Source of the DNA: a virus
Taxonomy: Duplodnaviria; Caudoviricetes
Strand: one strand, 5' to 3'
IMG/VR virus record: IMGVR_UViG_3300025133_000143
Coordinates: 1 to 53,566 of that record
DNA: 53,566 nucleotides
Shown in pieces: positions 1 to 8,832 of the stretch; the stretch's first letter is position 1; each line of letters opens with the position of its first letter. The notes under the pieces are model-generated. The model was given only the letters and a program-made list of their open reading frames with translations. It was not told the origin of the DNA and ran no database searches. The translations under genes and the position numbers were made by a program.

Positions 1-351
1 GGGGCGCGAAGCGAGTCGGACAACAGTGCACCCGGGGATTTCCCGACTACGAATAATGGGAAGCATCACTTTGTGAATATAATACTTGGCCCCCATGCTG
101 TCTTTGTTGGGATGAAATTTAATACGAATACGACTTACATATTTTTTCTGGAACTCGTTATACAACGACTCCATGGCAGTCACGATCGTGACACCGGGGA
201 TCGACCGAATATCCGCGAGAGTTTCTTCAATACCATACGACGACTCAATGGACAAAATTAATTCTACCTTGAACTGGCGCAGGTGATATTTATTCTCCTT
301 CAATAAATCCAAGTGATAATCTATAATGTCATCCAAATAAGTTTCCATCAT
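1..351 (-). CDS. Hypothetical protein, runs off the window edge (MMETYLDDIIDYHLDLLKENKYHLRQFKVEL...LADIRSIPGVTIV...)
   Basis: Translated by hand: open from ATG at 351 to position 1. Absent from the ORF track because it has no stop in the window. The ACTATTTA motif lies immediately upstream. Confidence 0.75.
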   Translation of the reverse strand, partial: MMETYLDDIIDYHLDLLKENKYHLRQFKVELILSIESSYGIEETLADIRSIPGVTIVTAMESLYNEFQKKYVSRIRIKFHPNKDSMGAKYYIHKVMLPIIRSREIPGCTVVRLASRP

Positions 352-354
352 CTA

Positions 355-362
355 TAAATAGT
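355..362 (-). promoter_or_regulatory. Putative late-promoter motif ACTATTTA
   Basis: TAAATAGT on + strand, 3 nt upstream of ATG 351; same motif precedes sheath, tube, neck and scaffold genes. Confidence 0.6.
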
Positions 363-367
363 TCATC

Positions 368-715
368 TCATTTCCAAAATACTTGAATCCCAACTATCGC
401 GAAAGATAAAGCAATACATACTAAAGTTTTGGGCGCGAACATATTTTCGTTAAAATAATAATAAGTGAGGAGGGGGAACACTAAATAAGAAAGACCGAAG
501 CCAACGAGTCGGGCGCCCCAGGCTTCGCCCAGTTCCTCCACGGCGAATTTCATTCCATACAGGAAAAAATATTGAGTGGGAATAGCAAAGATAAAAGGCA
601 ACCAATGGATATTATCCTTGCACCATTTCCAAATAAAAATACTATATGTTCCATACCATGCGGCGATGTGTCCCGCCGTGATCAAGAGCGCGGCGAGATA
701 AAGCTTGGTTGTCAT
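368..715 (-). CDS. Small 4-TM membrane protein (DMT/SMR-like topology)
   Basis: 115 aa with four hydrophobic segments; C-terminal YYYFNE..PK..VCIALS resembles DMT-type exporters. Confidence 0.55.
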   Translation of the reverse strand: MTTKLYLAALLITAGHIAAWYGTYSIFIWKWCKDNIHWLPFIFAIPTQYFFLYGMKFAVEELGEAWGARLVGFGLSYLVFPLLTYYYFNENMFAPKTLVCIALSFAIVGIQVFWK

Positions 716-1054
716 TTAGTCGCGCTCGTAGTCATCAGAGAGCCGCACCACATCATCCAAATGATCGGTGCTAACTTCCATAAAGTCCACCGATCCAGAG
801 AGAGCCTGAAAGCGGTGAATCTGGCCCGGGCTGACATGAAACGAATCACCACACTCTATTTTTAGAACTATGCCTGATTCGTCTGTGTTATACAAGGTCC
901 CATTTATAACATACACCGTTTCTTCTTTTTCTTCGTGGTACTGTTTAGATAAGCGATGACCTGCATCGATATGCAAAAGCTTGCCCACATAATTTTTAGT
1001 CTGGGCCCAAATTATTTCATAACCCCAGGGTTTTTCAATTCTCTTCTGTTTCAC
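716..1054 (-). CDS. Cupin protein (mannose-6-phosphate isomerase type II C-terminal-like)
   Basis: KPWGYE, LSKQYHEEKEET, GQIHRF, EVSTDHLDDVVRLSDDY motifs. Confidence 0.85.
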   Translation of the reverse strand: MKQKRIEKPWGYEIIWAQTKNYVGKLLHIDAGHRLSKQYHEEKEETVYVINGTLYNTDESGIVLKIECGDSFHVSPGQIHRFQALSGSVDFMEVSTDHLDDVVRLSDDYERD

Positions 1055-1469
1055 ACATCACCCACTTTATATATTTAACCAGGCTCGAAGAATAGTTATA
1101 CTCAAACAACTCCGGGTCCAGTGAAATTCCCAATTGCTCACTTAATTTATATCCTTCATACCACGCCATCACTTCTTCTTCTAGTACAGCCATCTTGTCC
1201 TCCACCGTTTTGCGGCGGATCTTAGTCCGAGGCTTCTTGTTTTTATGTCGATATACCACATGGCCTGCCTCGTGCAATAATATTATTAATTGTAACTCAT
1301 CAGAGTGAGTATCATTAATAGAAATAATACCAGGATCGTCTGGGTCTTCAGGAACAAACCAATACTCATCCATCCCATCGCTATCATAATCCACATATAT
1401 ATCGTGCTCGTCTATCAAAAAAGCTTCTACGCATAACAAATCGTCGCACAGTTTCTTACTTGCGTCCAC
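1035..1469 (-). CDS. HEXXH zinc metallopeptidase-like (ImmA/IrrE-like)
   Basis: ILLHEAGH followed by EEEVMAW (third-ligand Glu helix). Confidence 0.65.
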   Translation of the reverse strand: MDASKKLCDDLLCVEAFLIDEHDIYVDYDSDGMDEYWFVPEDPDDPGIISINDTHSDELQLIILLHEAGHVVYRHKNKKPRTKIRRKTVEDKMAVLEEEVMAWYEGYKLSEQLGISLDPELFEYNYSSSLVKYIKWVMCETEEN

Positions 1470-1899
1470 GCTTCCTCCGCCCCTTCGGAGAATAGCCCTG
1501 CATGTTTCCGGATACGCCTTTTCCCCAAAAGTGTTTGTTTTTCTTTTGGTCGGTCAATAGAGAGATGGAAATTCTATTTTTATCTTTCTGGAAGTGGAAC
1601 CTATAACTTTCTAATGTTCCATACAAGGATTTCCGATGCCGCTTGGTTGGGGGTTTGTTTAAAAATATAAGACATCTTTCCACGATATCTTGTTCTTCCA
1701 ACCCCTCATTTAAATAATAGGCTATCCCCTTTGTGGGAACGAGGTAAGCGACCACGGACCATTTTTTAAATCCAAAGTTTTCGATGGGCAAATAACATCC
1801 CTCATATATTCCTAATTTTTTCTTTTCATCTGGGCCACCCGATAAAACCTCACCGTATTCCCCAATGGGTTCGAAATAACATTCGATTTCCATTTTCAC
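1456..1899 (-). CDS. Hypothetical protein
   Basis: 147-aa ORF overlapping its neighbours in a tightly packed operon. Confidence 0.7.
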   Translation of the reverse strand: MKMEIECYFEPIGEYGEVLSGGPDEKKKLGIYEGCYLPIENFGFKKWSVVAYLVPTKGIAYYLNEGLEEQDIVERCLIFLNKPPTKRHRKSLYGTLESYRFHFQKDKNRISISLLTDQKKNKHFWGKGVSGNMQGYSPKGRRKRGRK

Positions 1900-2195
1900 C
1901 CCTGCAATAGCTGTCTTTGGTTCACATGAAGCTTTTTATGTACCTCGGCTACAGAACCTATAACAATAATATCTTGCCCATAAGTTCCCTTGTTCAATGA
2001 GAGGGTTGTAAATTCTTGACGACTATCTAATTCTTGCGGTAGGCGCCCCTCCTTTAATAATCCTAGCATGTCATAACTTTCACGAATACAGACTACATGG
2101 ACTGGATTAATAAAAATAGTGCGGACCGAATAGGCTTGGCCGCGTTGAGTGTTTCCTTCGTTTCTGTCGAAAATTTCGACGAGTTGCACATTCAT
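1896..2195 (-). CDS. Hypothetical protein, FlbD/SwrD-like fold
   Basis: IFINPVHVVCIRE...TTLSL..G..IIVIGSVAEVHKKL matches the FlbD-type pattern; ATGA-coupled. Confidence 0.5.
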   Translation of the reverse strand: MNVQLVEIFDRNEGNTQRGQAYSVRTIFINPVHVVCIRESYDMLGLLKEGRLPQELDSRQEFTTLSLNKGTYGQDIIVIGSVAEVHKKLHVNQRQLLQG

Positions 2196-2422
2196 TGTGC
2201 CTCCTTTAGTGGATAAGTGTGTTGTTCATTTACGCACCACAATTCTCCATCATAAAAAACTTTCAACCAAACTTGATTGGCTTGGACTTTTTTAATAAAC
2301 ATTAAATGTTGTGGTGTTTTAGTTATATGTGTTTTTTCTATGTCTGAGGTCTGGGCCGCAAATCTATAGAGCGTAACCTCAGAAGGGATATATACATATT
2401 CCCCTTGTTTAAAATTATTCAT
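2192..2422 (-). CDS. Small SH3-like beta-barrel protein
   Basis: FKQGEYVYI...WLKVFYDGELWCV pattern. Confidence 0.5.
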   Translation of the reverse strand: MNNFKQGEYVYIPSEVTLYRFAAQTSDIEKTHITKTPQHLMFIKKVQANQVWLKVFYDGELWCVNEQHTYPLKEAQ

Positions 2423-2726
2423 CTTTTATTTCCTCCGTAGGAACCGCTGGATACTCAGGAGCGACAGCTTCCACCGAGGGAATCTGCGCTAAAGTTTGAG
2501 CATAGCCGCTCAATAATTTCATGCATTCTTCTAGACGGATATCGGCTGTAGCCATTTTCATTCTCACCTTATCCAGTTCATCAATGCATGTCAATGCATC
2601 CCGACCGATAGCGCGTGATAACTGTCCATGCAGTGAGCGAATTTCCTCATTGCATTCTATTAACATTCTCTCTATTTCGCGAGGCACGTCTTCCAATTCA
2701 GCGGAATAAACAATATTTACTCTCAT
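2415..2726 (-). CDS. Hypothetical coiled-coil protein
   Basis: 103 aa, heptad-like, GGAG SD upstream. Confidence 0.7.
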   Translation of the reverse strand: MRVNIVYSAELEDVPREIERMLIECNEEIRSLHGQLSRAIGRDALTCIDELDKVRMKMATADIRLEECMKLLSGYAQTLAQIPSVEAVAPEYPAVPTEEIKDE

Positions 2727-2737
2727 CTAAGCTCCGT

Positions 2738-3013
2738 CTATTTAAAAAATGTATGCCAGATAGTAGCGCATCCCAAGCCGATAATAGCTGTGATGATGGC
2801 CCAGCCAATTTTATCCGTTTGGGCTTTCCACAACTCTAGTGCTCGCAAACGTGCATATAATCCCTCTTCGGGATTATAAATGGCATCTTTAATTTTGCTA
2901 ACATCTTCTGACATTTTCGACTGACATAGCAGGATATTATCAATCCCGTCCGCCATTCTTTCTAGTTTACCATCCAACTCTACAATATCAATCTTGGTTA
3001 CCTCATCACTCAT
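2738..3013 (-). CDS. Coiled-coil protein with C-terminal TM helix (XhlA/holin-like architecture)
   Basis: Likely start ATG 3013 with GGAGG SD; C-terminal IGWAIITAIIGLGCATIW; ACTACTTA motif at 3038-3045. Confidence 0.55.
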   Translation of the reverse strand: MSDEVTKIDIVELDGKLERMADGIDNILLCQSKMSEDVSKIKDAIYNPEEGLYARLRALELWKAQTDKIGWAIITAIIGLGCATIWHTFFK

Positions 3014-3057
3014 GAGTCGAAGTCCTCCCAACGTTCGTAAGTAGTTCCATAAGTTAT

Positions 3058-4626
3058 CTATTTCTGGATAATTGCGTAATTGGTAGTTAGAAGAGTACCG
3101 GCCACCGAAGCTGCATTTTCGAGAGCCGTCCGCGTAACCTTAACAGGATCTACAATTCCTGTGGCCACCATATCCACAATACCATCCGATATAAAATCCC
3201 ACCCACACCCGGGTTCACAATCTTTCAGAGCCGCAAAAATTAAATCTGGAGAACTCCCTGCGTTCAGGGCCATTTGGCGCAGAGGTGCACCGAGCGATTG
3301 TTTAAGAATCTCTGCTCCCACTCGCTGGTCTTCGTTTTCGGGCTCGATTCTAATAGCATCAGCACAACGTAATAGAGTTACGCCGCCGCCTGGGATAATC
3401 CCCTCCAACTGGGCCGACTTAACTGCCTCAAGTGCATCCTCAATACGATGCTTCTTTTCTATCATTTCTATGGCAGTGGGCGCCCCAACTTGAATAACTG
3501 CTACCCCGCTCGCTAACCGAGCGATGCGCTCCTGTAGTTTTTCACAGGCATGTAAGTCATCCTCATGTTTAAACTGTTCCTTCAGAGACTCCACGCGCAA
3601 GTCCAACAAGTCAGTGTTTCCCTTCCCCCCCACAACGGTGGTCTGATATCGTGTTACTTCTATCTTTTGGGCGCTTCCGAAATCCACAAGCTTTACTTCC
3701 TTGAGGCGCTTCCCATCACCGCGACTTACAAAAGTGGCGCCACATGACAGTGCAAGGTCGCGTAAAATATTAATTCGATCCTCTCCATATGAAGGGGCTT
3801 TGATAGCGGCGATCTTGAGAGTGCCCCGAATAGCGTTCATAATCATGGCCGCCAGCGCTTGGCCTTCTATTTCGGGAGCGAAGAAAATTAGGGGTCGACC
3901 TTCCCTAGCCGCCAGTTCCAAAATAGGAAATATCTCCTGGACATTATCAATCTTTTCATCGGTCACCAAAAGCATAGGATCTTCATAAAGAAGAGTGCGC
4001 CGTCGCTCGTCAGTTACAAAAGCTGACGCGGCGTAGCCCGCTTGGAGAATAAAGCCCTCTTTTAAATCAAGTACCGTCTGATTAGAACTCGATTCCTCTA
4101 CGGTGATAGCGCCGTCTTTCCCTGCACAATCAACGGCGCGAGCGATAAGCTGCCCTAAATAATTATCATTGTTGGCAGAGATGGCGGCAACATTAGCTAT
4201 TTCATCAATAGAGGAGATGGGCTCGGCCAACTCTTTAAGTCTGCGCACAACTTGGTTGACTGCTTTGTCAATGCCGCGCTTTAATTCGATGGGGGCTGCT
4301 CCAGCGGAAATATATCTTTGGGCGCTTTGCAAAATTGCCCGGGCTAAAATCGTTGCTGTTGTAGTTCCATCCCCAGCATCTTCGTTGGTCTGACTGGCTG
4401 CAAGTTTAATTATTTGAACTGCAGCATCCTGGAACGGATCATCAAGATCCACAAAGCCTGCGACGGTTACGCCGTCTTTTGTTATAATGGGGACTTTCCC
4501 CTTCTCTTGCAAAATAACATTCCTCCCCCTTGGACCAAGGGTTGAAGCTACGTTATCTGCGAGAACATTGATTCCTTCTAGAATCTTCTGGTTTAAGTTA
4601 GAACCAGAGTCATAATGTTTAGTCAA
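3058..4626 (-). CDS. groEL: Chaperonin GroEL (Cpn60)
   Basis: TLGPRGRNV, ITKDGVTVA, AGDGTTTAT, GIVDPVKV; lacks the GGM tail. Confidence 0.97.
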   Translation of the reverse strand: MTKHYDSGSNLNQKILEGINVLADNVASTLGPRGRNVILQEKGKVPIITKDGVTVAGFVDLDDPFQDAAVQIIKLAASQTNEDAGDGTTTATILARAILQSAQRYISAGAAPIELKRGIDKAVNQVVRRLKELAEPISSIDEIANVAAISANNDNYLGQLIARAVDCAGKDGAITVEESSSNQTVLDLKEGFILQAGYAASAFVTDERRRTLLYEDPMLLVTDEKIDNVQEIFPILELAAREGRPLIFFAPEIEGQALAAMIMNAIRGTLKIAAIKAPSYGEDRINILRDLALSCGATFVSRGDGKRLKEVKLVDFGSAQKIEVTRYQTTVVGGKGNTDLLDLRVESLKEQFKHEDDLHACEKLQERIARLASGVAVIQVGAPTAIEMIEKKHRIEDALEAVKSAQLEGIIPGGGVTLLRCADAIRIEPENEDQRVGAEILKQSLGAPLRQMALNAGSSPDLIFAALKDCEPGCGWDFISDGIVDMVATGIVDPVKVTRTALENAASVAGTLLTTNYAIIQK

Positions 4627-6556
4627 TTATTACCTCGTCTTTTTTATATTCTTTCTGTTCGCGAATCCCCCGGCCGCCTGGAACTCGTTTCCCGGTCGAG
4701 CCCGGTTGCTTGCCACGGCTGAAGTTATATTTGCCAGCGTCAGGTACATCGCCTTTCATCACCTGCTCGGTTTTCTTATCAATATTTTTAGCGGCGTCCT
4801 GGGCCTGTTTTGCCACATTGCCATCCTTCATGCCGTCGGAAACATATTTGTTTAAACTATCGGTGAGAGTTTTGAGGCTCGTAAAAATTTCGAAGATGGC
4901 CGCGTTTAAATTATTAACTGTGCTCTGGAGTACATCTTCTACAGTTTCGCGACCAATCTGGGTCTTCCCCACGATGTATTCATTCCCATAAGGATAAAGG
5001 TTGGTTTGGTCGACCTTGCCCATATTTTTTCCCAAGCTGGCGCCAGACAAACTAAAACGGGATCCCGTGTCGAGCGCTCCCTTAGTATGAGCGAGGGCAA
5101 ACTTATATAACTCTTTGTTCTTTTTCCGGAAGTCAGCGAGGAGTTCATAAGAAATCTTAGCATCCATCGTGTCATATAATTCCGCTTTAAAAGTATTACG
5201 CTCTTTGTTCTTCGGAGTGGAGGCGCCAAATTTCTTGTACCGCTTCATTGCGTTACTGAGAGCATCCAAAACAAGAAGTTGTTTATTGACCTCTTCGGTG
5301 CTCGGCGGCGCCTTTTCTTCTAGGACGAGGTCGGAGGTACCCTCCACAAACCCCTGATATCGGCTGCGGATTTTCTTCTTGTCATCAGTAAAAACAGAGG
5401 GAAGTTTTTTAAATTGAGCTTGAGTCGAAGGAATAAATGAGGAACTGGTCGCGGTGCGCCAAGTACCATCTACCGGGTTGATAACCGTGGCATAAAAGAG
5501 ATCCACCAACTCATCGATCTCTTCTTTTGGAATCCCTTGGGCCAAAAGAGCCTCTTCGAAGGCCAAATTAAAATACTCATAATATATGGTATGAGTCCGA
5601 GTTCCGGGTTCGGGAATGGTTATGGATTTTAAAAATTGAGGATCCTTAAATTTATTTTCTATATCGGCATCTTGGAATTGTTTGGGCAATATAAGATTAC
5701 TGACATACTTGGCGTTGCCAACGTAATATAGGATGTCGATTACATTATCTAATGTAAAATTAAAAGCCATCCACTTAAGTGCACCTGTTTTCTTCAATGC
5801 ATCGCCACCTGTGAAATCTTTAGTTACAAGAATATACTCCATTATTGGCTTGCGTAATAGATCTTGCATTAATTGTCTTAAAGAACCACCCACCTCTAAA
5901 CCAGCCTCGGCATATAACTTAAGAGAAATGGGGTGAGTTGCTCCCTCCATGGGAAAAGTCTCTGATTTATCATCATCGCTGGTAGGGGGGTTATCTTCGC
6001 GTTCATATTCCACATCAGCAATAGTACTGGCGCCAGCGGCTGGTACTTGTCGGCCAGTTTTTGCGTCTATCAAAACTGCCACAAAAGATTCAAAAGCAAA
6101 ACCTGCTGCCGATGGGTTAAATCCCACAACAATCTCTGTCAACGTTCTATAAAAAACAAGATAAGAAATAATTTTAGAAATCTTATCACTAGCGGAAGTA
6201 AAATCGGTGGGCTCCATCTCTCCATCAAAGAAGCGATTCAAGGTTTGTAGTTTGGCTCGCAAGTCAGTGCCCGAGATATTTTTCAAATAAGAAGCCAGTT
6301 CAGTCCTGAACCCGTCAGCCTCATTACCCTCCGAGGATGCTAAATGTCCCCATCCAATTTCCGATATAGTCGGAAGAGGAATCAAATCAAGAGTAAAAGT
6401 CTGACTTGTCGTTTTCAGGTTCTCTCTCTCACTCAAGAGAGCGTGCAGTGGAATTGCCTGTTCTAATACCTCATCGATCATTTCCAAAATAAGGTGGAGG
6501 GAGTTACCCTCCGCACGTCGCTTCTGTTCTTTTAAAATAAGTTTATCAATATTCAT
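4619..6556 (-). CDS. Large hypothetical protein with possible PD-(D/E)xK nuclease-like motif; probably late/virion
   Basis: AGFAFESF...IADV...ISLK; ACTAATTA motif at 6562-6569. Confidence 0.5.
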   Translation of the reverse strand: MNIDKLILKEQKRRAEGNSLHLILEMIDEVLEQAIPLHALLSERENLKTTSQTFTLDLIPLPTISEIGWGHLASSEGNEADGFRTELASYLKNISGTDLRAKLQTLNRFFDGEMEPTDFTSASDKISKIISYLVFYRTLTEIVVGFNPSAAGFAFESFVAVLIDAKTGRQVPAAGASTIADVEYEREDNPPTSDDDKSETFPMEGATHPISLKLYAEAGLEVGGSLRQLMQDLLRKPIMEYILVTKDFTGGDALKKTGALKWMAFNFTLDNVIDILYYVGNAKYVSNLILPKQFQDADIENKFKDPQFLKSITIPEPGTRTHTIYYEYFNLAFEEALLAQGIPKEEIDELVDLFYATVINPVDGTWRTATSSSFIPSTQAQFKKLPSVFTDDKKKIRSRYQGFVEGTSDLVLEEKAPPSTEEVNKQLLVLDALSNAMKRYKKFGASTPKNKERNTFKAELYDTMDAKISYELLADFRKKNKELYKFALAHTKGALDTGSRFSLSGASLGKNMGKVDQTNLYPYGNEYIVGKTQIGRETVEDVLQSTVNNLNAAIFEIFTSLKTLTDSLNKYVSDGMKDGNVAKQAQDAAKNIDKKTEQVMKGDVPDAGKYNFSRGKQPGSTGKRVPGGRGIREQKEYKKDEVIID

Positions 6557-6588
6557 GTTAATAATTAGTCTCTTAAATTTCGTTTGGC

Positions 6589-7176
6589 TTATACAATTAT
6601 ATCTGCGATTCCATAATCTACAGCTTCTTCAGCAGACAAATAAACGTTTTGATTTTTAGATACCAGGCGCTTTAATTGAGAATATTTTAAGTTAGTCTCT
6701 GCTTCGAGCGCGCGAAAATATTGTTCTTGAAGTTTGTTTACCTCCCTCATCTCCACCTTGAGAGTGGAGACTGACCCAATGTTCGCCGCACTGCACTGGT
6801 GAATCATCACTCGGCAATATTTCCCTATTTTTCGATGGCCTGGTGTCCCTGCCGCCAAGATTAATACCCCGGCTGACATCACTTTACCGATGGCGAATGT
6901 TTCGATGGGCTGCGAGGCCCGGTGATAGCGCATTATATCATAGATGGCAAACATTTCACTCGCGTGTCCGCCAGGAGTGGAGATTATAATCTCAATGGGT
7001 TTTTCGGTCTCTGTGTCCATCGCCAAGGCGTGAATCCCAAAAATTACTTCCGAAGCCACCTCTTCATTAATTTCTCCAAACAACCCAATAGTACGAAACT
7101 TCTCCTCTACTTGGGCAAAGTTCTCTTCGGGGCCCTTTTCTTCTTCTTCGTGTGCATCTTCTTCATGAGTTAACAT
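6589..7176 (-). CDS. clpP: ClpP-family protease
   Basis: ISTPGG, KVMSAG (Ser), VMIHQ (His), YLSAEEAVDYGIAD. Confidence 0.92.
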   Translation of the reverse strand: MLTHEEDAHEEEEKGPEENFAQVEEKFRTIGLFGEINEEVASEVIFGIHALAMDTETEKPIEIIISTPGGHASEMFAIYDIMRYHRASQPIETFAIGKVMSAGVLILAAGTPGHRKIGKYCRVMIHQCSAANIGSVSTLKVEMREVNKLQEQYFRALEAETNLKYSQLKRLVSKNQNVYLSAEEAVDYGIADIIV

Positions 7177-7519
7177 TAACTCTCCTTTTTTGAATAGACT
7201 GGTAAGCTAGTCCCAGTTTGTAGGCTTTAGGCTTGCCGCTACGAGGGCCGATTTCCACCAAATTAAAAGTGGCCGATCGAGCCCAGGATTTCCAGGCTTG
7301 CTCTGTTTCAAATTCTCTTTTAAAAAGCAACGTGGATTCTTTGGTTTTGGGATTGTATCCCTCGCCGTGGGTTATCCACTCCTTAAATGCTTTGCGAATT
7401 CTGTTTTCTTTTCTTTTGCCAGTAATGTGATCAACCTGCAGTATGTAGGTTGTTGTGGTTCCTGGTACGCTATGTTTCCATGCTGTTGCTTTCACTTCTT
7501 TCTCCCAAATAGTACTCAT
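7163..7519 (-). CDS. Hypothetical basic protein
   Basis: 118-aa ORF overlapping the clpP start. Confidence 0.65.
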   Translation of the reverse strand: MSTIWEKEVKATAWKHSVPGTTTTYILQVDHITGKRKENRIRKAFKEWITHGEGYNPKTKESTLLFKREFETEQAWKSWARSATFNLVEIGPRSGKPKAYKLGLAYQSIQKRRVNVNS

Positions 7520-7548
7520 ATTATAACACCTTTTTTAACTAGATGCAA
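7520..7548 (-). promoter_or_regulatory. sigma70-like promoter TTGCAT-N17-TATAAT (extended TG)
   Basis: Read directly; the -10 abuts ATG 7519, so the transcript would start inside that ORF. Confidence 0.45.
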
Positions 7549-7930
7549 GCATTTTCTTTCTTTCTTTTTCTAAAAATTGCATCGCTTCCTTCCAATCATC
7601 GTATTCAACGATTCTCTTATAGGTAGGTGGGTAACGATCCATTAGCCTTTTAATTGATTCTTTTTGCCATCTTTCTAAATTAAATTCGTCCTCGTTGATG
7701 GTAATTTTAACCACATTTTTATTATAATCAAGTTGTTTCATGAATCGTTGTTTGATTACTTTTAAAAAAACAGCGTCCTCCATGGATAGGGCCAGCATTT
7801 GAAGGCACATGTATTCTGTTTCTTTAAACATGAGAATGCTCAGGCCTGACCCGAGCGCATAACTCATAAAAATAGTGACCATGACACCACAGCCGAAGCC
7901 TACCAGTAACATTACTATCTCCATTTCCAC
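7535..7930 (-). CDS. Hypothetical protein with N-terminal TM anchor
   Basis: Hydrophobic residues 5-33. Confidence 0.65.
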   Translation of the reverse strand: MEMEIVMLLVGFGCGVMVTIFMSYALGSGLSILMFKETEYMCLQMLALSMEDAVFLKVIKQRFMKQLDYNKNVVKITINEDEFNLERWQKESIKRLMDRYPPTYKRIVEYDDWKEAMQFLEKERKKMLASS

Positions 7931-7942
7931 TCCACATACAGT

Positions 7943-7970
7943 TAAACCACGGTTTTAGAACCGTGGTTTA
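7943..7970. terminator. Perfect 12-bp hairpin, probable terminator of the 7994..8749 gene
   Basis: TAAACCACGGTT-ttag-AACCGTGGTTTA in the intergenic gap. Confidence 0.7.
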
Positions 7971-7993
7971 GATTTTTAAAACATACGGAAATT

Positions 7994-8749
7994 CTATTTC
8001 CGGCGCTTAGTTTGACGCTTCCGACGACGGCTTTCCTTTACGAGGTTGGCCAAGCGCGTCTTGACACGGCGAGAAACTTCTTGCATAATATATTCGTCAT
8101 CTAGCACGCGGATATGCCCCTCATCGTAAGCCAATCGCTCGCCAGCGTGACCCGCATCTTTCCGACGGCCACCCTTCTTGGTGCCTTCATCATATGCCAG
8201 TCGTTCACCAGCGTGACCCGCGTCTTTGCGGCGGCCGCCTTTCTTGGTGCCTTCGTCTCGGCGTTCATCAAAGTCCATATCCTTTTCGAGGTCATCTAGG
8301 TGTTTCCGGTCTTCTTCTTCATTATCACGATAGTGATCTTCCTCTTCGTCTTCTTGGAGAATGCGATTAATTAATTCATCGAGAGTCTCATCTTCGATGG
8401 CGTCTTCTTCGTCGTCAATGAAGCCTTCTTCGTCGTCAATGGCGTCTTCTTCACCTTCGAGGCCACCGATTTCGTCTTCGATCTCATCCTCTTCGCCTTC
8501 GAGTTCGCCAAAGTCACCTTCGAGATCATCAATTTCTTCCCCGGCGTCTTCGCCACCTTCAACGTCGACGGCTACGTCAAGACCGAGTGTATCGGCCATG
8601 GCTTCGGCGCCAGCGGCGAGAGCATCAGCAAGTTCATCTTCACCGACTTCCACTTCGGTTAAAAATGTAGAGGTTGTGGCTGGTTTGATACCGGCAAGTC
8701 CCCCAAACCGGCGAATGGTTGCTTCATTCAGTAAAGTTTTCTTACTCAT
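7994..8749 (-). CDS. Acidic low-complexity protein with 22-aa repeat; probable internal head/core protein
   Basis: D/E-rich; N-terminal LLNE..IRRF..LAGI resembles the scaffold C-terminus; ACTATTTA upstream. Confidence 0.65.
   Translation of the reverse strand: MSKKTLLNEATIRRFGGLAGIKPATTSTFLTEVEVGEDELADALAAGAEAMADTLGLDVAVDVEGGEDAGEEIDDLEGDFGELEGEEDEIEDEIGGLEGEEDAIDDEEGFIDDEEDAIEDETLDELINRILQEDEEEDHYRDNEEEDRKHLDDLEKDMDFDERRDEGTKKGGRRKDAGHAGERLAYDEGTKKGGRRKDAGHAGERLAYDEGHIRVLDDEYIMQEVSRRVKTRLANLVKESRRRKRQTKRRK
8117..8257 (-). repeat. In-frame tandem repeat, 2 x 66 bp plus partial (DEGTKKGGRRKDAGHAGERLAY)
   Basis: Peptides identical; 11 synonymous differences between copies, counted by hand. 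Confidence 0.95.
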
Positions 8750-8796
8750 GTTAGGTTTCTCCTTAAATTCGACTCATGAATTGCAAATTTCAGTAA

Positions 8797-8804
8797 TAAA
8801 TAGT
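8797..8804 (-). promoter_or_regulatory. Putative late-promoter motif ACTATTTA
   Basis: TAAATAGT on + strand in the intergenic region upstream of 8749. Confidence 0.6.
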
Positions 8805-8832
8805 ATTTGATTTGGTGAAAAACCCATTTCTT

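Noticed and set aside
8395-8530. Short DNA repeats (TCTTCGTCGTCAATG x2 and similar)
   Set aside because: Consequence of D/E low-complexity coding, not a CRISPR or iteron array
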